Assembly (NCBI GenBank): GCA_951406725.2
Contig: OX597817.1
Span: 150,846,001-150,910,000 of the forward strand
Direction of reading: 5' to 3'
DNA from: Octopus vulgaris
Taxonomy: Eukaryota
DNA length: 64,000 nucleotides
Of this stretch, positions 1 through 13,393 are shown piece by piece (positions within the stretch are counted from its first letter, which is position 1; every line of letters starts with the position of its first letter). The notes below the pieces were generated by a model that was not told where the DNA came from, made no database searches, and was given only the letters and a program-made list of their open reading frames with translations. The position numbers and the translations under genes were made by a program.

Positions 1-1820
1 GACTCTTCATTTCCTCTTGCTCCATTACACTAAGCTAAAAATTAGCACCAGTGGCACTGAAGGATCAACTCTGAAGCAGACTGGCATCGGGTTCAGGGGT
101 AGTCATGTTCTCTTAGTCTAAATCCCTTAAAAACCCATTTAAGGTCCAGTTTCATGAGTCTAAAGTTCAAGCCAGTCTCACTTTTTATGTCAGGCTGAAA
201 ACACTTCTTTTGTTTTCTTTTCTTCTTTTACTTCTTTCTGTGATTGGAGTGTGGCCATGCTGGGGCATTGCTTCGAAGGGTCTTAGTCAAACAAATCAAC
301 CCCAGTATTTATTTATTTTTTTTTCTTGTCTGGTACTCACTCTATCAGATTTTCTGTTTTTTTGGTGAAAGGGCATGTCATTGATGAGGTTATGAATGGC
401 AACAAAAGGACTTAATTGATTTATTGACTTAGCAATTAATCACACAATTGTTTAGTTAATTAGTTAAATGGTTAACCAACAATAATAAAAGAAGTGAAAT
501 AGAATGAGTGTGTGTGTTTATTATTGACATAATGACCCTCCAAGAGACAGCAAAACCTGTTGTAACATGAGTTCATATCATGAATCTTGCAAACCAGTTA
601 CAAAAGTGAAATATTTTAAGCTCTAGCTTAAGTTAGAAAGACTGGAAAACACTGTTCTGCTATCTTTTGGTCAGAATAACCATTTGACACTTCACTTCAA
701 CTACAAAAATGAAACAAGTTTACAAATGCCCAAATTTTAAATAGAATTCATGCAAACTAATTATTTATTATCTGATAATCAAAATAATTGTTGTGCTAAT
801 CAAGTTTAAAGGGTTATTTATTATTCAAGAGAACATATGTATGCAAACAAAATAACTGATTTGTTACATATAGAACAAACCCCACACATATGATTTTTAT
901 CTTAACAAAGTTGCTAAGAGACAATAAAGCAAATGAAAGACATGGTTTCATTGATAGTAATCAGAAGAAAGGTGATAACTGGCCTAAATAAATGATTGAG
1001 ATATAGCTGAAATTAATTCTTGATAATCTACAAAAAAGCATATCACATTCTTTGTCTGTCTGCATGTTATGATAATGGAAGCATTGTGTCTGGTTGGTTG
1101 CTATAATGATTGTGAAGTAATTTAAAACTGCTCTACTTTCTAATCCAGTGGTTCTTAACCAGTGCAGTAATTCCTTCTTAGGAATGCTGTGAGACCACAA
1201 AAATGTAGCAAATGTCAAGTGGTGAGGTACTGAGTGTTTAGAAGGTTCATGGTTTTTCTTAAAAATCATCATTCGTTTAATGTCCGTTTTCTATGCTAGC
1301 ATGGGTTGGATGATTTTGACTGAGGGCTGGCGAACCAGATGGCTGCACCAGGCTCCAATCTTGATCTGGCAGAGTTTCTACAGCTGGATGCCCTTCCTAA
1401 CGCCAACCAGTCCGAGAGTGTAGTGGGTGCTTTTTACAAGCCACCAGCACGGGGGCCAGTCAGGCGGTACTGGCAATGACCTCGCTCAAATCTTTTTACA
1501 CATGCCACCGGCACAAGTGCCAGTAAGGCGACGTTGATAACGATCACACTCAAATGGTGCCCTTTTACATGCCACGGCACGGGGGCCAGTCAGGCAGTAC
1601 TGGCAAAATATTCAAACCAGATATAATAATACTTATAGTTTAGACACATTTTTGAAAACATTTTTGTCAGGTGTTTTCGGTTTTAAGTTATCTTGACAGA
1701 ATTTAGCACCAACATCATCATCGTTTAACATCCGTTTTCCACACTAGCAACACTGAAAGATAAATTAGAAGTGATTGAATCACTCTGCTACAGAAATGAA
1801 GGCTGCCATATTAACTATAT

Positions 1821-2124
1821 TGTTCTTTGTTCCTTCTTGAGCCATGCCTGGCTCATAGGGCCAGTTTCCCGGTTTCCTTGGCGTACAGATTCCCCACCTG
1901 GATGGGACTCCAGTCCATCACAGGTAAGCTGCAATATGCAGGAGGAAAGAGGGAGAGAAAGTTGTTGTGAAAGAGTCAGCAGAAGTTCACCATTACCTTC
2001 TGCCGGAGTCGCGTGGAGCTTAGGTGTTTCGCTCATAAACACATACATCGCCTGGTCTGAGATTCAAACCCGCGATCCCTCAACCACGAATCCGCTGCTC
2101 TAACCACTAGGCCATGTGCCTCCA
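1821..2124 (-). mobile_element. tRNA-derived SINE with 14-bp TSD
   Basis: CATATTAACTATAT at 1807-1820 and 2125-2138; minus-strand head GGAGGCACATGGCCTAGTGGTTAGAGC...GGTTTGAATC. Confidence 0.8.
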
Positions 2125-3173
2125 CATATTAACTATATACTTGGTAGTATATTACTGTTGCATAATGAAGTACAGTGTCCCTACCAGCCATTAATACATA
2201 TGTTTGTGGAGGCGCGTGGCTTAGTGGTTAGGGTGTCAGCACCATGATCATAAGATTGTGGTTTCGATTCCTGGACTGGGCGACGTGTTGTGTTCTTGAG
2301 CAAAGCACTTCATTTTCCCACCTGACTGGCCCCGTGCTGGTGGCACATAAAAAGCACCCACTACATTCTCGGAGTGGTTGGCGTTAGGAAGGGCATCAAG
2401 GTGTAGAAACTCTGTCAGATCAAGATTGGAGCCTGGTGCAGCCATCTGGTTCGCCAGCCCTCAGTCAAAATTGTCCAACCCATGCTCGCAGGGAAAGCGG
2501 ACGTTAAACAATGATGATGATGTTTCAGTTACGAAGAATGTGTTTAATGTGTAAATTGGTATATCCAATAGTGTTACATCTCTAAATTTATTTAAGCAAT
2601 GTGTTTGTGGATGATTAATGGGTAGGATGTGGTGCTGAAGAAGGAGTAATAACTCCAAAATAAGCATATACACCCATATACCTATTTTTCTATCTTTGAT
2701 AGTGTTATAAACCCAAACTCGAATATCAAAGTTTAAAAAGTTTTAATCAACTAAAGATACAGCAATATACAATACAAACAAAGATTGCTAAATTGTAAGC
2801 AAAACCAAACTTCAACGCAATAACATTTTTTATGCAGCGAGTTTCTACATTCTCGACTAACTAAAATCAACGCTGAACATGTTGTCTGCAAACAGAACAG
2901 AACTCCGCGCAGTCGCAGTGCAGGCATATAACAGCAATCAAGACAATCAAAATCATGTAATCAAAACTAAAATCACAACTGATAGTATTGTTTACATGAA
3001 TGTTTTCATATACAAAACGTCATAACTTTCAGTGCTGACTAAATTCTATCGAAAATCTTTAGAGGTAAACTTAAAACTGACTGAATTGCATTGCTAACAC
3101 AAAAGGACACAGTACTGACTCATAATACTTCAATATACTTGGTAATATATCATGGTTGCAAAACAAAATATGG

Positions 3174-4067
3174 CAGCGTTTCTCAACCAGGGTTCCACAA
3201 GAGGTTCCGAGGGGTTCTGTGAGAAAGAGTGAGATAAGCTAACGCTAATTTTATGATTGTAATATTACTATACATGCACAACATATTATTGGTTATTGAA
3301 ATAATTGTAATATAGACATCATCCTATCTAACCTATTATATTACCCCAAAAATATAACAACCATTGGGGATATATTTAGTGATGTCTGTAATTTATGGAC
3401 ACCCTATATATATATATCACCATCATCATCATCATCGTTTAACGTCCGTTTAATGTTTGTTTTCCATGCTAACATGGGCTAGATGGTTTGACTGGGGTCT
3501 GGGAAGCCAGGAGGCTGCACCATGCTCCAGTCTGATCTGGTAGTGTTTCTACAGCTTGATGCCCTTCCTAACGCCAACCACTCTGTGAGTGTAGTGGGTG
3601 CTTTTTATGTGCCACCGACACGGACGCCAGTCAGGGCGGTGCTGGCATCAGGCACATTCGGGTATTACAAATACAATTTCCATTTGATTTTTATTTTGTT
3701 GTTGATGTACTTGACTCAATAGGTCTCCTCAAGCACAGCAGGTTGCCCTACGATCCAAAGTAAGCACAGCAGTCCGTCCTGTGAGCCATGAACTCACTTT
3801 ATTTGTCAGGTCTTTGCAGTCACAGCATATTTCCAGAGGTCTTGGTGTTTCGTTATTGCCTCTGTGAGGCCCAACATTCGAAGATCATGCTTGACCACCT
3901 CATCCCATGTCTTCCTGGGTCTACCTCTACCTCAGATTCCTTCAACTGTTTGGGAGTGGCACTTTTCTTCACACATCTCTCCTGATCCATCCGTAGTACA
4001 TGACCATAGATATATATGTGTGTGTGTGTGTGTGTGCGCGCACATATAAGCGTGCATATGTGCATGC

Positions 4068-4110
<43 letters not shown>

Positions 4111-4226
4111 ATTTACTGCGTAAACTACGATGTAAAAAATGAGAAAGATATGGTCTATAAGGGGTTCCTTGAGACATGTAATTCATTTTAAGGGTTAAGC
4201 AAGGGTAAAACGGTTGAGAAACACTG
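3174..4226. mobile_element. non-autonomous hAT element with 8-bp TSD, carrying the RTE 3' fragment
   Basis: TIRs CAGCGTTTCTCAACC / GGTTGAGAAACACTG; flanks AAATATGG (3166-3173) and AAATACGG (4227-4234). Confidence 0.8.
3420..4005 (-). mobile_element. RTE LINE 3' end fragment
   Basis: Minus strand encodes degenerate YGHVLRMD...RGRPRKTWDEVVKHDLR, then the 3' UTR and (GAT)n tail. Confidence 0.8.
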
Positions 4227-4331
4227 AAATACGGTGTCCCTACCAGCAGTTGAAATTGTGTTATTATTGAACAGAAAATAGCTGATGATGCACCAAGGTT
4301 CTGTATAATTGCTACAATAATTTTTGCCAAA

Positions 4332-4664
4332 TCTCTATAATATATAAAGCTGAGGTTGTTTGTGTATGGCAGGTTTGGTAGCCTTCAACTAACACTATCT
4401 CCTCTGAGACCCTGCGGCACAAATTCAAATTGGACCATGTTAAGACCAAAAATTATTTACATCAAAAAGGTGCTTTTTTTCTATGAAAATCCCTATTTTT
4501 TACGATTTTTTGACTGCTGAGCCGCCATTTTTTGGTGTATTTCAACCAGAAAAATGTTCACTTAAAGAGAATAACAAGCTACATAATGCAAAATTTTTAC
4601 TTTTCAAAAATTCCAATTCTAAAGGGTCGAAACAAACCCAAGCAATGCCGGGCGATACTGCTAG
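4332..4664 (+). mobile_element. non-autonomous Helitron
   Basis: A|TCTCTATAATATATAAAG start; 3' CCCAAGCAATGCCGGG hairpin then CTAG|T; 3' end matches 34605-34634. Confidence 0.7.
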
Positions 4665-4962
4665 TCTATCTATAATGTAATTCCCAGTTTTGTTTGCAGC
4701 CACTCATCTCTCTTTCTCCTGCCTTCTGTCTGTCTGTCACAGACACACACATATTTCTCATTACAATCTTTTAAGGCATGAAGCTACTACTTTCAGAAAT
4801 GATATATTCCTTTCTTTTTTAATGTTTATTACAATCAGTAAGAAAATGATAAACTTCTGTTTTTCAAATTTCTTTCAAGAAAACTTATGAATAAGTATTT
4901 GTTTTTCTGTTAAATTTTAATAAGTTATTTTCTTCCCAATAGGAAATGCCATCTAATTGTTT

Positions 4963-7470
4963 GTCTACCTGCCTGCAAGCTAGCCTACCTACGTACCTAC
5001 CTACTTACCTACCTGCCTACATACATACATACCTACCTACCTACCTACCTGCCTACATACCTACCTACCTACCTACCTACCTACCTACCTGCCTGCCTAC
5101 CTACCTACCTACCTGCCTACCTACATACCTACCTACCTACCTACCAGCCTGCCTATATACCTACCTACCTGCCTGCCTACCTACCTACCTACCAACCAAC
5201 CTACCTACCTACCTACCTACCTACCAACATACCTACCTACCTACCTGCCTACCTACCTACCTACCTACCTACCAACATACCTACCTGCCTGTCTACCTAC
5301 ATACCTGCCTGTCTACCTACCTACCTACCTGTCTGCCTACCTACATACCTACCTACCTACCTACCTGCCTACCTACCAACCTACCTACCTACCTGCCTAC
5401 CTACCTACCTACCTGCCTGCCTACCTACCTACCTACCTACCAACCTACCTACCTAGCTACCAACCTAGCTACCTACCTACCACCAACCTACCTACTTACC
5501 TACATACCTATGTACCTGCCTTCCTACCAACCTACCTACCTGCCTGTTACCTACCTATCTGCCTGTCTACCTACCTACCTACCTGTCTGCCTGCCTACCT
5601 ACATACCTACCTGCCTACCTACCAACCTACCTACCTACTTACCTACCTACCTAGTTACCTACCAACCTGCCTGCCTATATACCTACCTACCTGCCTACCT
5701 ACCTACCGACCTACCTACCAACCAACCTACCTACCTACCAACCAACCAACCTATCTACCTACCAACCAACCTACCTGCCTGCCTACCTACCTACTTACCT
5801 ACCTACCTACCAACCTGCCTCCCTACCTACCTACCTGCCTGCCTATATACCTACCTACCTGCCTGCCTACCTACCTACCTACGGGATAAGCTCTACAGAC
5901 ACGGCTCGAGAAACACGGGGCCGACCTGCCCGAGATGCGGTCAGAGCGACGAAACCGTTCTGCACGCACTCGTGCAGTGTCCAACAATTTCCGACCTGTG
6001 GGCTTATGTCGAACAACTGCTGTCACGTGTGGGACGAGTCGGTTTATCAGCTGAGTCTATCGTCAATATTGTCACGCCTCCTTCCTTCAAACGGGAAGGA
6101 AGAGCTATTTTCATCTTCCTTGTGGCTATGGCAAAAGAATGTATCTGGTGGACGCGTCTGAAAGGATTGGAGACAAACACTTTCCTCTCTGGTCAATCTC
6201 TCATCAACTTCTTCAAGTACCACTTGAAAAGGAAAGTGAGAGTAGAGAGGCAAATTTTGTCTAGCGAATGTTTTAAAAAAAGATGGGTGAATGTAGCAAG
6301 GATGGCACGTATGAATGACGAAGCCACCTTGAGCATAATCCTATGAACCCAGAAATTGAAAACAGAGGGTTACCCACTTGCAAACAAATGTGGTAACATA
6401 TAACAATATTGACCAAGGTTACCGTGGTCTTTTTCGTAGGCTTTTCTTCCCACGGATAAACTTTACTTGCTTTCCCCTTTACACCATATATCATAACACT
6501 GTGATACACGATTCCTATTGATCGTTCTTTTTTTTTCCTCTTTCCCTTTTTTCCCCCTCTTTTCTTCTTTTTTCATTTCTCTTTTCTCTTGTTCCTTTTC
6601 CTTTTCCGTTTTTTTATTTATTTTTTATTTTTTTAATTTTTATTCTTTTTATTTTTTATTTTATTTATTTATTTATTTTTTTTGTTCTTTTCTTCCCTTT
6701 TACGATCCCTCTTGATCATTTCTCTTTTCTTTTGTTCCTTTTCCTTTTTTTTCTTTTTTATTTTATTTTATTTATTTAAAAAAAATTTTTTTTTTGTTCT
6801 TTTCTTCCCTTTTACGATCCCTCTTGATCGAAAACCTACGCCACCCCCTTTTTTGTTTTTCTCATCCCCCAAAAGAAAAGCTCTACCTTGTAACTTGTCC
6901 CATCTGTGTGCAGCCCTGTGTGGCCAATAAAGAAACTTACCTACCTACTTACCTACCAACCTACCTACCTACCAACCTAGCTACCTACCTACCTACCACC
7001 AACTTACCTACCTACCTACCTACATACCTACCAACCTAGCTACCTACCTACCCACCACCAACCTACCTACCTACCAACCTAGCTACCTACCTACCACCAA
7101 CCTACCAACCTACCTACCTACCACCAACCTACCTACCTACCTGCCTGCCTACCTACCTACCTACCTACCAACCAACCTAGCTACCTACCTACCAACCTAC
7201 CACCAACCTACCTACCTACCACCAACCTACCTACCAACCTACCTACCTACCACCAACCTACCAAGCTACCTAGCTACCTACCTACCTACCAACCTACCTA
7301 CCTACCTACCTGCCTGCCTACCTACCTACCTACCAACCTACCTACCAACCTACCAATCTACCTACCTAGCTACCTACCTACCACCAACCTACCTACCACC
7401 AACCTACCTACCTACCTGCCTACCTACCTACCTACCTACCTACCTACCTACCTACATACCTACCTATCTA
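4963..7470. repeat. long degenerate (CCTA)n/(CCTG)n/(CCAA)n tetranucleotide array split by the Tx1 fragment
   Basis: About 0.9 kb and 0.5 kb of CCTA-type units on either side of 5882-6935. Confidence 0.95.
5882..6935 (+). mobile_element. L1/Tx1-clade LINE 3' fragment (CCHC zinc knuckle, T-rich 3' UTR, AATAAA) inside a (CCTA)n array
   Basis: CPRCGQSDETVLHALVQCP, then AKECIWWTR and FKKRW, typical of Tx1 ORF2 C-termini; stop at 6346; AATAAA at 6926. Confidence 0.8.
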
Positions 7471-8260
7471 TTTATCTGTCTATGACTATTTTTATCTTCC
7501 CATATTTCTATTGCAGTCTTTTTATCTTAATCGCTGACCCAATATATAAGTAATTTAGACAACTCAGACATAGCACACCTTAGTTTCTTCTATTCAGTCA
7601 TTTCAGAAAATAGTTGGACAATTATTTTCTTTTGGCTGCCATTTTAAAATTCATTATTGAACAGCTCGTCATGAATGAAAAGGGTGTAATGTCACAAAGT
7701 GAAGCAAGCTGTCACTATTTTTATCTTAATTCTTAACCAACACACACACACACACACACACATGCACACTCTCTCTCTCGTCCACTCTCTCTTTGTATGC
7801 ATGCATGTATAGTCAGGTCACTTGTGACGTTTCTCGTGGAATCCAATACATCCTGTTGCATGGTCGGGTTTTTGACGCCCTTCAGTAGGCTTGCCTAGGG
7901 ATAATGGTTGTGTAAAAGGATGAGAAATTTTTCCCTGTCCTTGGAATTATTACATTCCCTAACTATTAATAATATATATATATATATCTCATGGTATATG
8001 ATCCTTCATAGGAAAGTAAGAAAATGGAGATATAATATTTACTCTTTTACTTGTGTCAGTCATGTGACTGTGGCCATGTTGGAGCACCACCTTTAGTCGA
8101 GCAAATCGACCCCAGGACTTATTCTTTGTAAGCCTAGTACTTATTCTATTGGTCTCTTTTGCTGAACTGCTAAGTTATGGGGACGTAAACACACCAGCGT
8201 CGGTTGTCAAGCGATGTGGGGGGGGGGGACAAACATATACACACACACACATATATATAT

Positions 8261-9633
8261 AGATTAGTAGTTAGCTCAACATAGATTAGTAGTTAGCGAC
8301 TTCAGGATCAGGCCTAAATGGCTGCCCAGAAGTAGACCAGCTTGGAGGAGAAGGGTCTGGAAGCTTAAAGATCCTGCAAATGGACAGAGATTTAGAGATG
8401 TAATACTCAAAGTCTTCGATGAAATAGAAGGGGATATAGCTTCACATAATGTGGAAGAAAACTGGAGGTTTCTCTGGGACAATCTGCTGACAGCCACTGA
8501 CCAGATCTGTGGATGGAGCAAAGTCCCATCTCGACCCAGAGTAACGTGGTGGTGGAACAATGTGGTTGACAGGGCTATTAGACAAAAGAAACAGGCTTGG
8601 AGGGACTGGAAGAACAGTGGTAGCAGGGAATTGTATCAGACTGCCAGAAGGGAAGCTAGGAGACAGGTTTATTTAGCCAGAGGGGAAGCAGATAAGAAAA
8701 AATTTGCCAATGTTCTGCGCCGTGAGGACCAAAGACGTGAGGTATTTTGTGTTGCAAGACAGTGTGTGAGAGAGAATCATGATGTGGTAGGAGAGAAATG
8801 TGTTCACATGGATGATGGTTCACTTGCGCTAAATGAGGGTGCAAAGAGAGAGGTTTGGAGATGCCACTATGAAAGGTTGCTGAATAAAGAAAATGAATGG
8901 GATAAAGAGAGTCTGCTGAATGTCGACCCAACAGAGGGACCAGCTATCCGAGTTGACAGTTCTTTGGTAGTTAAGGCAATCAGAAGCATGAAGACAGGGA
9001 AAGCCCCAGGCCCATCAGGAATTACTGCAGAGATGCTCAAAATATCTGGCAGTGTCGGCTATGGCCTAGTCACCTGTATAGTTAACCAGGTGATACACGA
9101 AGGAGTCATACCCAATGACTGGTGTAGCAGCATAATAGTCAACTGCTACAAAGGTAAAGGTGACACCCTAGATACAAATAATTACAGAGGTATCAAGCTG
9201 TTGGATCAGGTAATGAAGGTTACGGAGAGGGTCATAGCCCAACTGATTAGGGAGAGAGTCAACTTGGATGAGATGCAGTTTGGTTTCGTGCCAGGAAAAA
9301 GCACCACTGATGCCATATTTCTGGTGAGACAGCTGCAGGAATAAATACCTAGCCAAAGATAAATCTCTGTACCTGGCTTTCGTTGACATGGAGAAAGCCT
9401 TTGACAGGGTCCCCCGATCCCTTATCTGGTGGAAACTAGGGATAGATGAATGGTTAGTGAGAGCTGTATGAGCCATGTACTGGGACGCTGTTAGTAAGGT
9501 GAGGGTTGGCAACGAGTACAGCTAAGAATTCCGGGTAGAGGTTGGGGTTCACCAAGGTTCAGTCCTCAGCCCCCTCCTATTTATCATAGTCCTCTAAGCA
9601 ATAACGGAGGAATTCAAGACAGGATGCCCCTGG
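8261..9633 (+). mobile_element. RTE LINE internal fragment (linker and N-terminal RT), disrupted
   Basis: ORF 8451-9344 with TWWWN, KAPGPSG, NYRGIKLL, QFGF; later stops; lies between tail (8040-8260) and head (9635-9657) pieces of a minus-strand SINE. Confidence 0.9.
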
Positions 9634-10029
9634 TGCCACACAGCCACTCCTACACCTACTAATTCATTATCGGCAAAAATCAAACATAGTACCTTACAGC
9701 TGTTTCAATTAAGCCTAAGAGATTAAATAGCAAATAGGAATATTCATGAGCTCACTTTCTCATATCAAGCACACTGCAGCTTAGCATTTCAACTGGAATG
9801 GCTGCAATCTCACTACAGTTGCTTTGTTTTAAGTTTCACTGCTGTGTGAGGCCTTCTTGTGTATACTCTACCCAGAGCTAGCCCAGGGTTGCTGGCACCC
9901 CAGGCACAAAGCTGAACTTTGGTGTGTACAAGCTGATGGTTGTGGGAATTTCCTTGTCTTTGTCATGCCCTCCTTGGCATACCCCAGCACATGATGCCCC
10001 AGGAAACTGCCTGTGTTGCCAGTACCTTG

Positions 10030-11595
10030 AGCCAGCCCTGACCCTATCCCACAGAAAGTAGTCCACTGAGATTAGATATGATGATATGGATGGCCAGCAG
10101 ATATCACCAAATCTCAAAATGAGATGTTCTGGGAATTGTTCTTGATGAATTGTCATTGATAGTCACACTCTATGACTAGTTGCACCATCTTGTTGCATCC
10201 ACATTTATGTCAGGACAGGTCTTTGTAACTTGTAAGGCGGCGAGCTGGCAGAATCGTTAGCACGTCAGGCGAAATGCTTAATGGTATTTCGTATGTCTTT
10301 ACGTTCTGAGTTCAATTTCTGCTGAGGTTGACTTTGCCTTTCATCCTTTCGGGGTTGATAAATTAAGTACCAGTTATGCTCTGGGGTCGATGTAATTGAC
10401 TTAATCCCTTTGTCTGTCCTTGTTTGTCCCCTCTATCTTTAGCCCCCTGAGAGCAATAAAGAGATAAGTCTTTGTAACTTGGGAAAGAACAAGGTCTTCA
10501 ATATATGGTTGTAGTGTTCAGCAGTTACCATTACAGCTGCACCATGTTTGTCTTCAAAAAAGCAAGGACCAGTCACACATGCATAAGTCACTGCACACCA
10601 CTCTGTAGCCCTCTCACAGTGCAAAGACCTTTCATGCATGATTTGAGGACTTTCACTACTGCAAAACCTACAATTTTGCTTATCAACATAGCCAAAAAGG
10701 TTAAAATGAACTTCATCTGATGTGAGTAATGAGTAAGTGATAGATAAAGTCTTCTTCTTCTCTGCATATATTGACAAACCAACCACTAAAACTATTTCTT
10801 TGCATCTTATTTGGTGGGAGCAATTGCTGCCCTAATTATATCTAATATGGATACCAGAGTAGGTCTTGTTTAAAAATCCTTTTGACACTGGTATCTGAAA
10901 TATTCAACAGTTGAGCCAATCAATGTGTGGGCTTTGGGAGACTTAATAGCATTCCTCACACTCTGGCAGTTCTCTGCACTACAAAGTATCTGAGGCAGCA
11001 AGCTGACAGAAACGTTAGCATGGTGGGCAAAATGCTTAGCAGTATTTCGCCTGCCATTACGTTCTGAGTTCAAATTCCACTGAGGTTGACTTTGCCTTTC
11101 ATCCTTCCGGGGTCAATAAATTAAGTACCAGTTACGTACTGTCGATGTAATCGACTTAATCTCCTTGTCTGTCCTTGTTTGTCCCCTCTATGTTTAGCCC
11201 CTTGTGGGCAATAAAGAAATAATATATCTGAGGTTCATCTAGGGATTTTTTTTTCTTGGTGTTGTCTATCTTACAAAAGTTTGTAACAGCATGCAGATCA
11301 CCTTTTGGGATGGTTCCTGTTGCTTCCCAAAACACTGCTGGAATTTTCTTTGGGCTGTTACGATGGATCTTTGGCTGGTGAAGTATGCTTTCACCATGTA
11401 TGCAATTTCTTTTGGAGTCCACAACATTATGAGGGTCACCAACATCAACTACCTGTAGAAAATAGAGAAGTCTTTGATAATATGCTGAATTCCTGTATAT
11501 CAGTTACGTAATAAATATATTTGGCACCCTGTCATTTTTATAATCCAAGATACTTGCATTTAAAATGTGTCCCATCATTATGGCCTACCCTGTAT
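10030..11595 (-). mobile_element. degenerate Tc1/mariner-superfamily transposon interrupted by two SINEs
   Basis: SDEVHFNL-G-V-KQNCRF, GPCFFED, QQDGA-SH and WPSISSYLISVDYFLW (a WPxxSPDL homolog); N-terminal SIVTAQRKF; CAGGGT-like terminus near 11590. Confidence 0.8.
10233..10467 (+). mobile_element. tRNA-derived SINE family A, with 14-bp TSD
   Basis: A box AGCTGGCAGAATCGTTAG, B box GAGTTCAATTTC; TSD GTCTTTGTAACTTG. Other copies near 10996-11223, 18640-18872, 23400-23606(-), 61060-61281(-), plus partials. Confidence 0.85.
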
Positions 11596-11649
11596 CCCTG
11601 TATATATATATATATATATATATGCCAAATGCGAGCTTTCTTTTCAGAT

Positions 11650-12744
11650 GCATCCCCCATCCCAGGGTCTCGCTGGCCCACACTTTCTACACCCTCAGAA
11701 TTGGCACACTTAATGGTGGCACAATGAAAGGTAGGTCCGGTGAGATTGTCAAGATACTTGAACAGAGACATGTTGATTTGTGTTGCATCCAAGAAGTAAG
11801 GTGGAGAGGAAGTTCTGCTAGGTTCCTCACAGGCAAAGAACACAGATATAAGATTTTCTGGGTAGGAAACATTGATGGGGTTGGGGTCATGGGTATCCTT
11901 CTTGCAGAGGAATGGGTTGATAAGGTAATTGAGGTAGTCAGAGTCTGTGACAGAATGCTTAAGCTTAGATTAATGCTGCAACATGGATTAGCAACCATTA
12001 TCTCGGCCTATGCCCCTCAGCCGGGGCTACCTGATGAACAGAAGGACCGATTTTATGACATCCTCTTGCAGACTACCTCATTGATGAATGACTGAGACCT
12101 TCTCTTTGTGGCTGGTGAATTCAACGGGTATGCTGGACAACATCCAGAGAGCTTCCATGGTGTTCATGGTGGCTACAGATTTGGTTCCCGCAACGAGGAG
12201 GGAACCAGGTTGCTGGAGTTCTGTGATGCAAATGATTTTAAGATCTTTAATACTAACTTCAGGAAATCTGCCAGTCAACTGTTCACTTACCAGTCTGGTG
12301 GACACACTAGTCAGATTAACTACATTCTTGGCTGCTTATAAAGGCAAAACTTTCCCAGGTGAAGAATGCAACCCACAACATATGTTAGTAGTTAGTGTCT
12401 TTAGGATCAGGGCTAAATGGCTCCCATGCAGGTGGCATATAAAAAGCACCATTCATGTGTGGTTGATGTCAGTGCTGCCTGACTGGCTTCTGTGCCAGTG
12501 GTATGTAAAAAGCAGCATTGGAGCGTGGCCGATGCCAGTACCGCCAGACTGCCCCCCCGTGCTGGTGGCACGTAAAAAGCAGCCACTGTACACCCAGAGT
12601 GGTTGGCGTTAGGAAGAGCATCCAGCAGTAGAAACCTTGCCAGATCAGACTGGAGCCTGCTGCAAGCCTCCTGGCTTGTCAGCCTTCAGTCAAACCGTCC
12701 AACTCATGCCAGCATGGAAAGTAGACGTTAAACGATGATAATGA

Positions 12745-12747
<3 letters not shown>
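11650..12747 (+). mobile_element. RTE LINE AP-endonuclease fragment fused to the family 3' tail
   Basis: IGTLNGGTM, CCIQEVRW, ISAYAPQ, AGEFNG, RNEEG motifs with frameshifts; followed by the (GAT)n-ending 3' repeat. Confidence 0.85.
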
Positions 12748-12781
<34 letters not shown>

Positions 12782-12804
12782 GATACACAGAGAGAGAAAG
12801 AAAG

Positions 12805-12890
<86 letters not shown>

Positions 12891-13119
12891 AGGAGACAGA
12901 TTAGATAGATATATGCTCACACACACAAACACACCCAGGGAAACCCACTCCCAAAAGTTTAGCTTGTAAATGTTTTGGGTTACTAAATGATAGATTTAAA
13001 ACTTTTCTTTTTTTTCTGTTTTGTTTTAGAAAACTGGAAACATGGGGAAACGAAAACAAAACAAAGTCAAATCAAACCCTATCATAGAAAAGAGCAAAAG
13101 AACTTAGTTCAACTGTCTT

Positions 13120-13147
13120 GTTGCCATGGCAGCAGCAATGTAAACAA
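13120..13147 (+). promoter_or_regulatory. RFX X-box (GTTGCCATGGCAGC) next to a forkhead site (TGTAAACAA)
   Basis: 13/14 match to the palindromic X-box GTTGCCATGGCAAC at 13120-13133; FOX core TGTAAACA at 13139; about 240 bp upstream of the predicted ATG. Confidence 0.6.
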
Positions 13148-13366
13148 GTGTGTGTCGAGTGACTTGACGTTTATTTAACTTTTAAGACGTGGAGTGACTC
13201 CTTTTAATGTTTTTGTATATATACTTTTTATTAACTTGTATTAAGTGAAAACACAACAATTTAATTAATGGCTGAACAACCAAGAACAATGCCAAGTGAA
13301 TGAAAGTGTGACAGGGACGAAGTATATACAAGATTTATAAATCAATATTTGAATTTAACGTTGGTT

Positions 13367-13393
13367 ATGACAAGCAATATAACAGGTACCTGG
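13367..13393 (+). CDS. TEX36: TEX36-like (HDNR family) gene, coding exon 1 (MTSNITGTW)
   Basis: First ATG after an in-frame TGA at 13301; ends TGG|GTAAGT (consensus donor), phase 0. Joining to exon 2 gives G-T-W-F-P, recalling the GRWFP N-terminus of vertebrate TEX36. Confidence 0.7.

Noticed and set aside
4946-5881. 466-aa ORF with PTYL repeats
   Set aside because: The N-terminal two thirds are the stop-free translation of the (CCTA)n microsatellite; only the Tx1-derived C-terminus is real coding-derived sequence.
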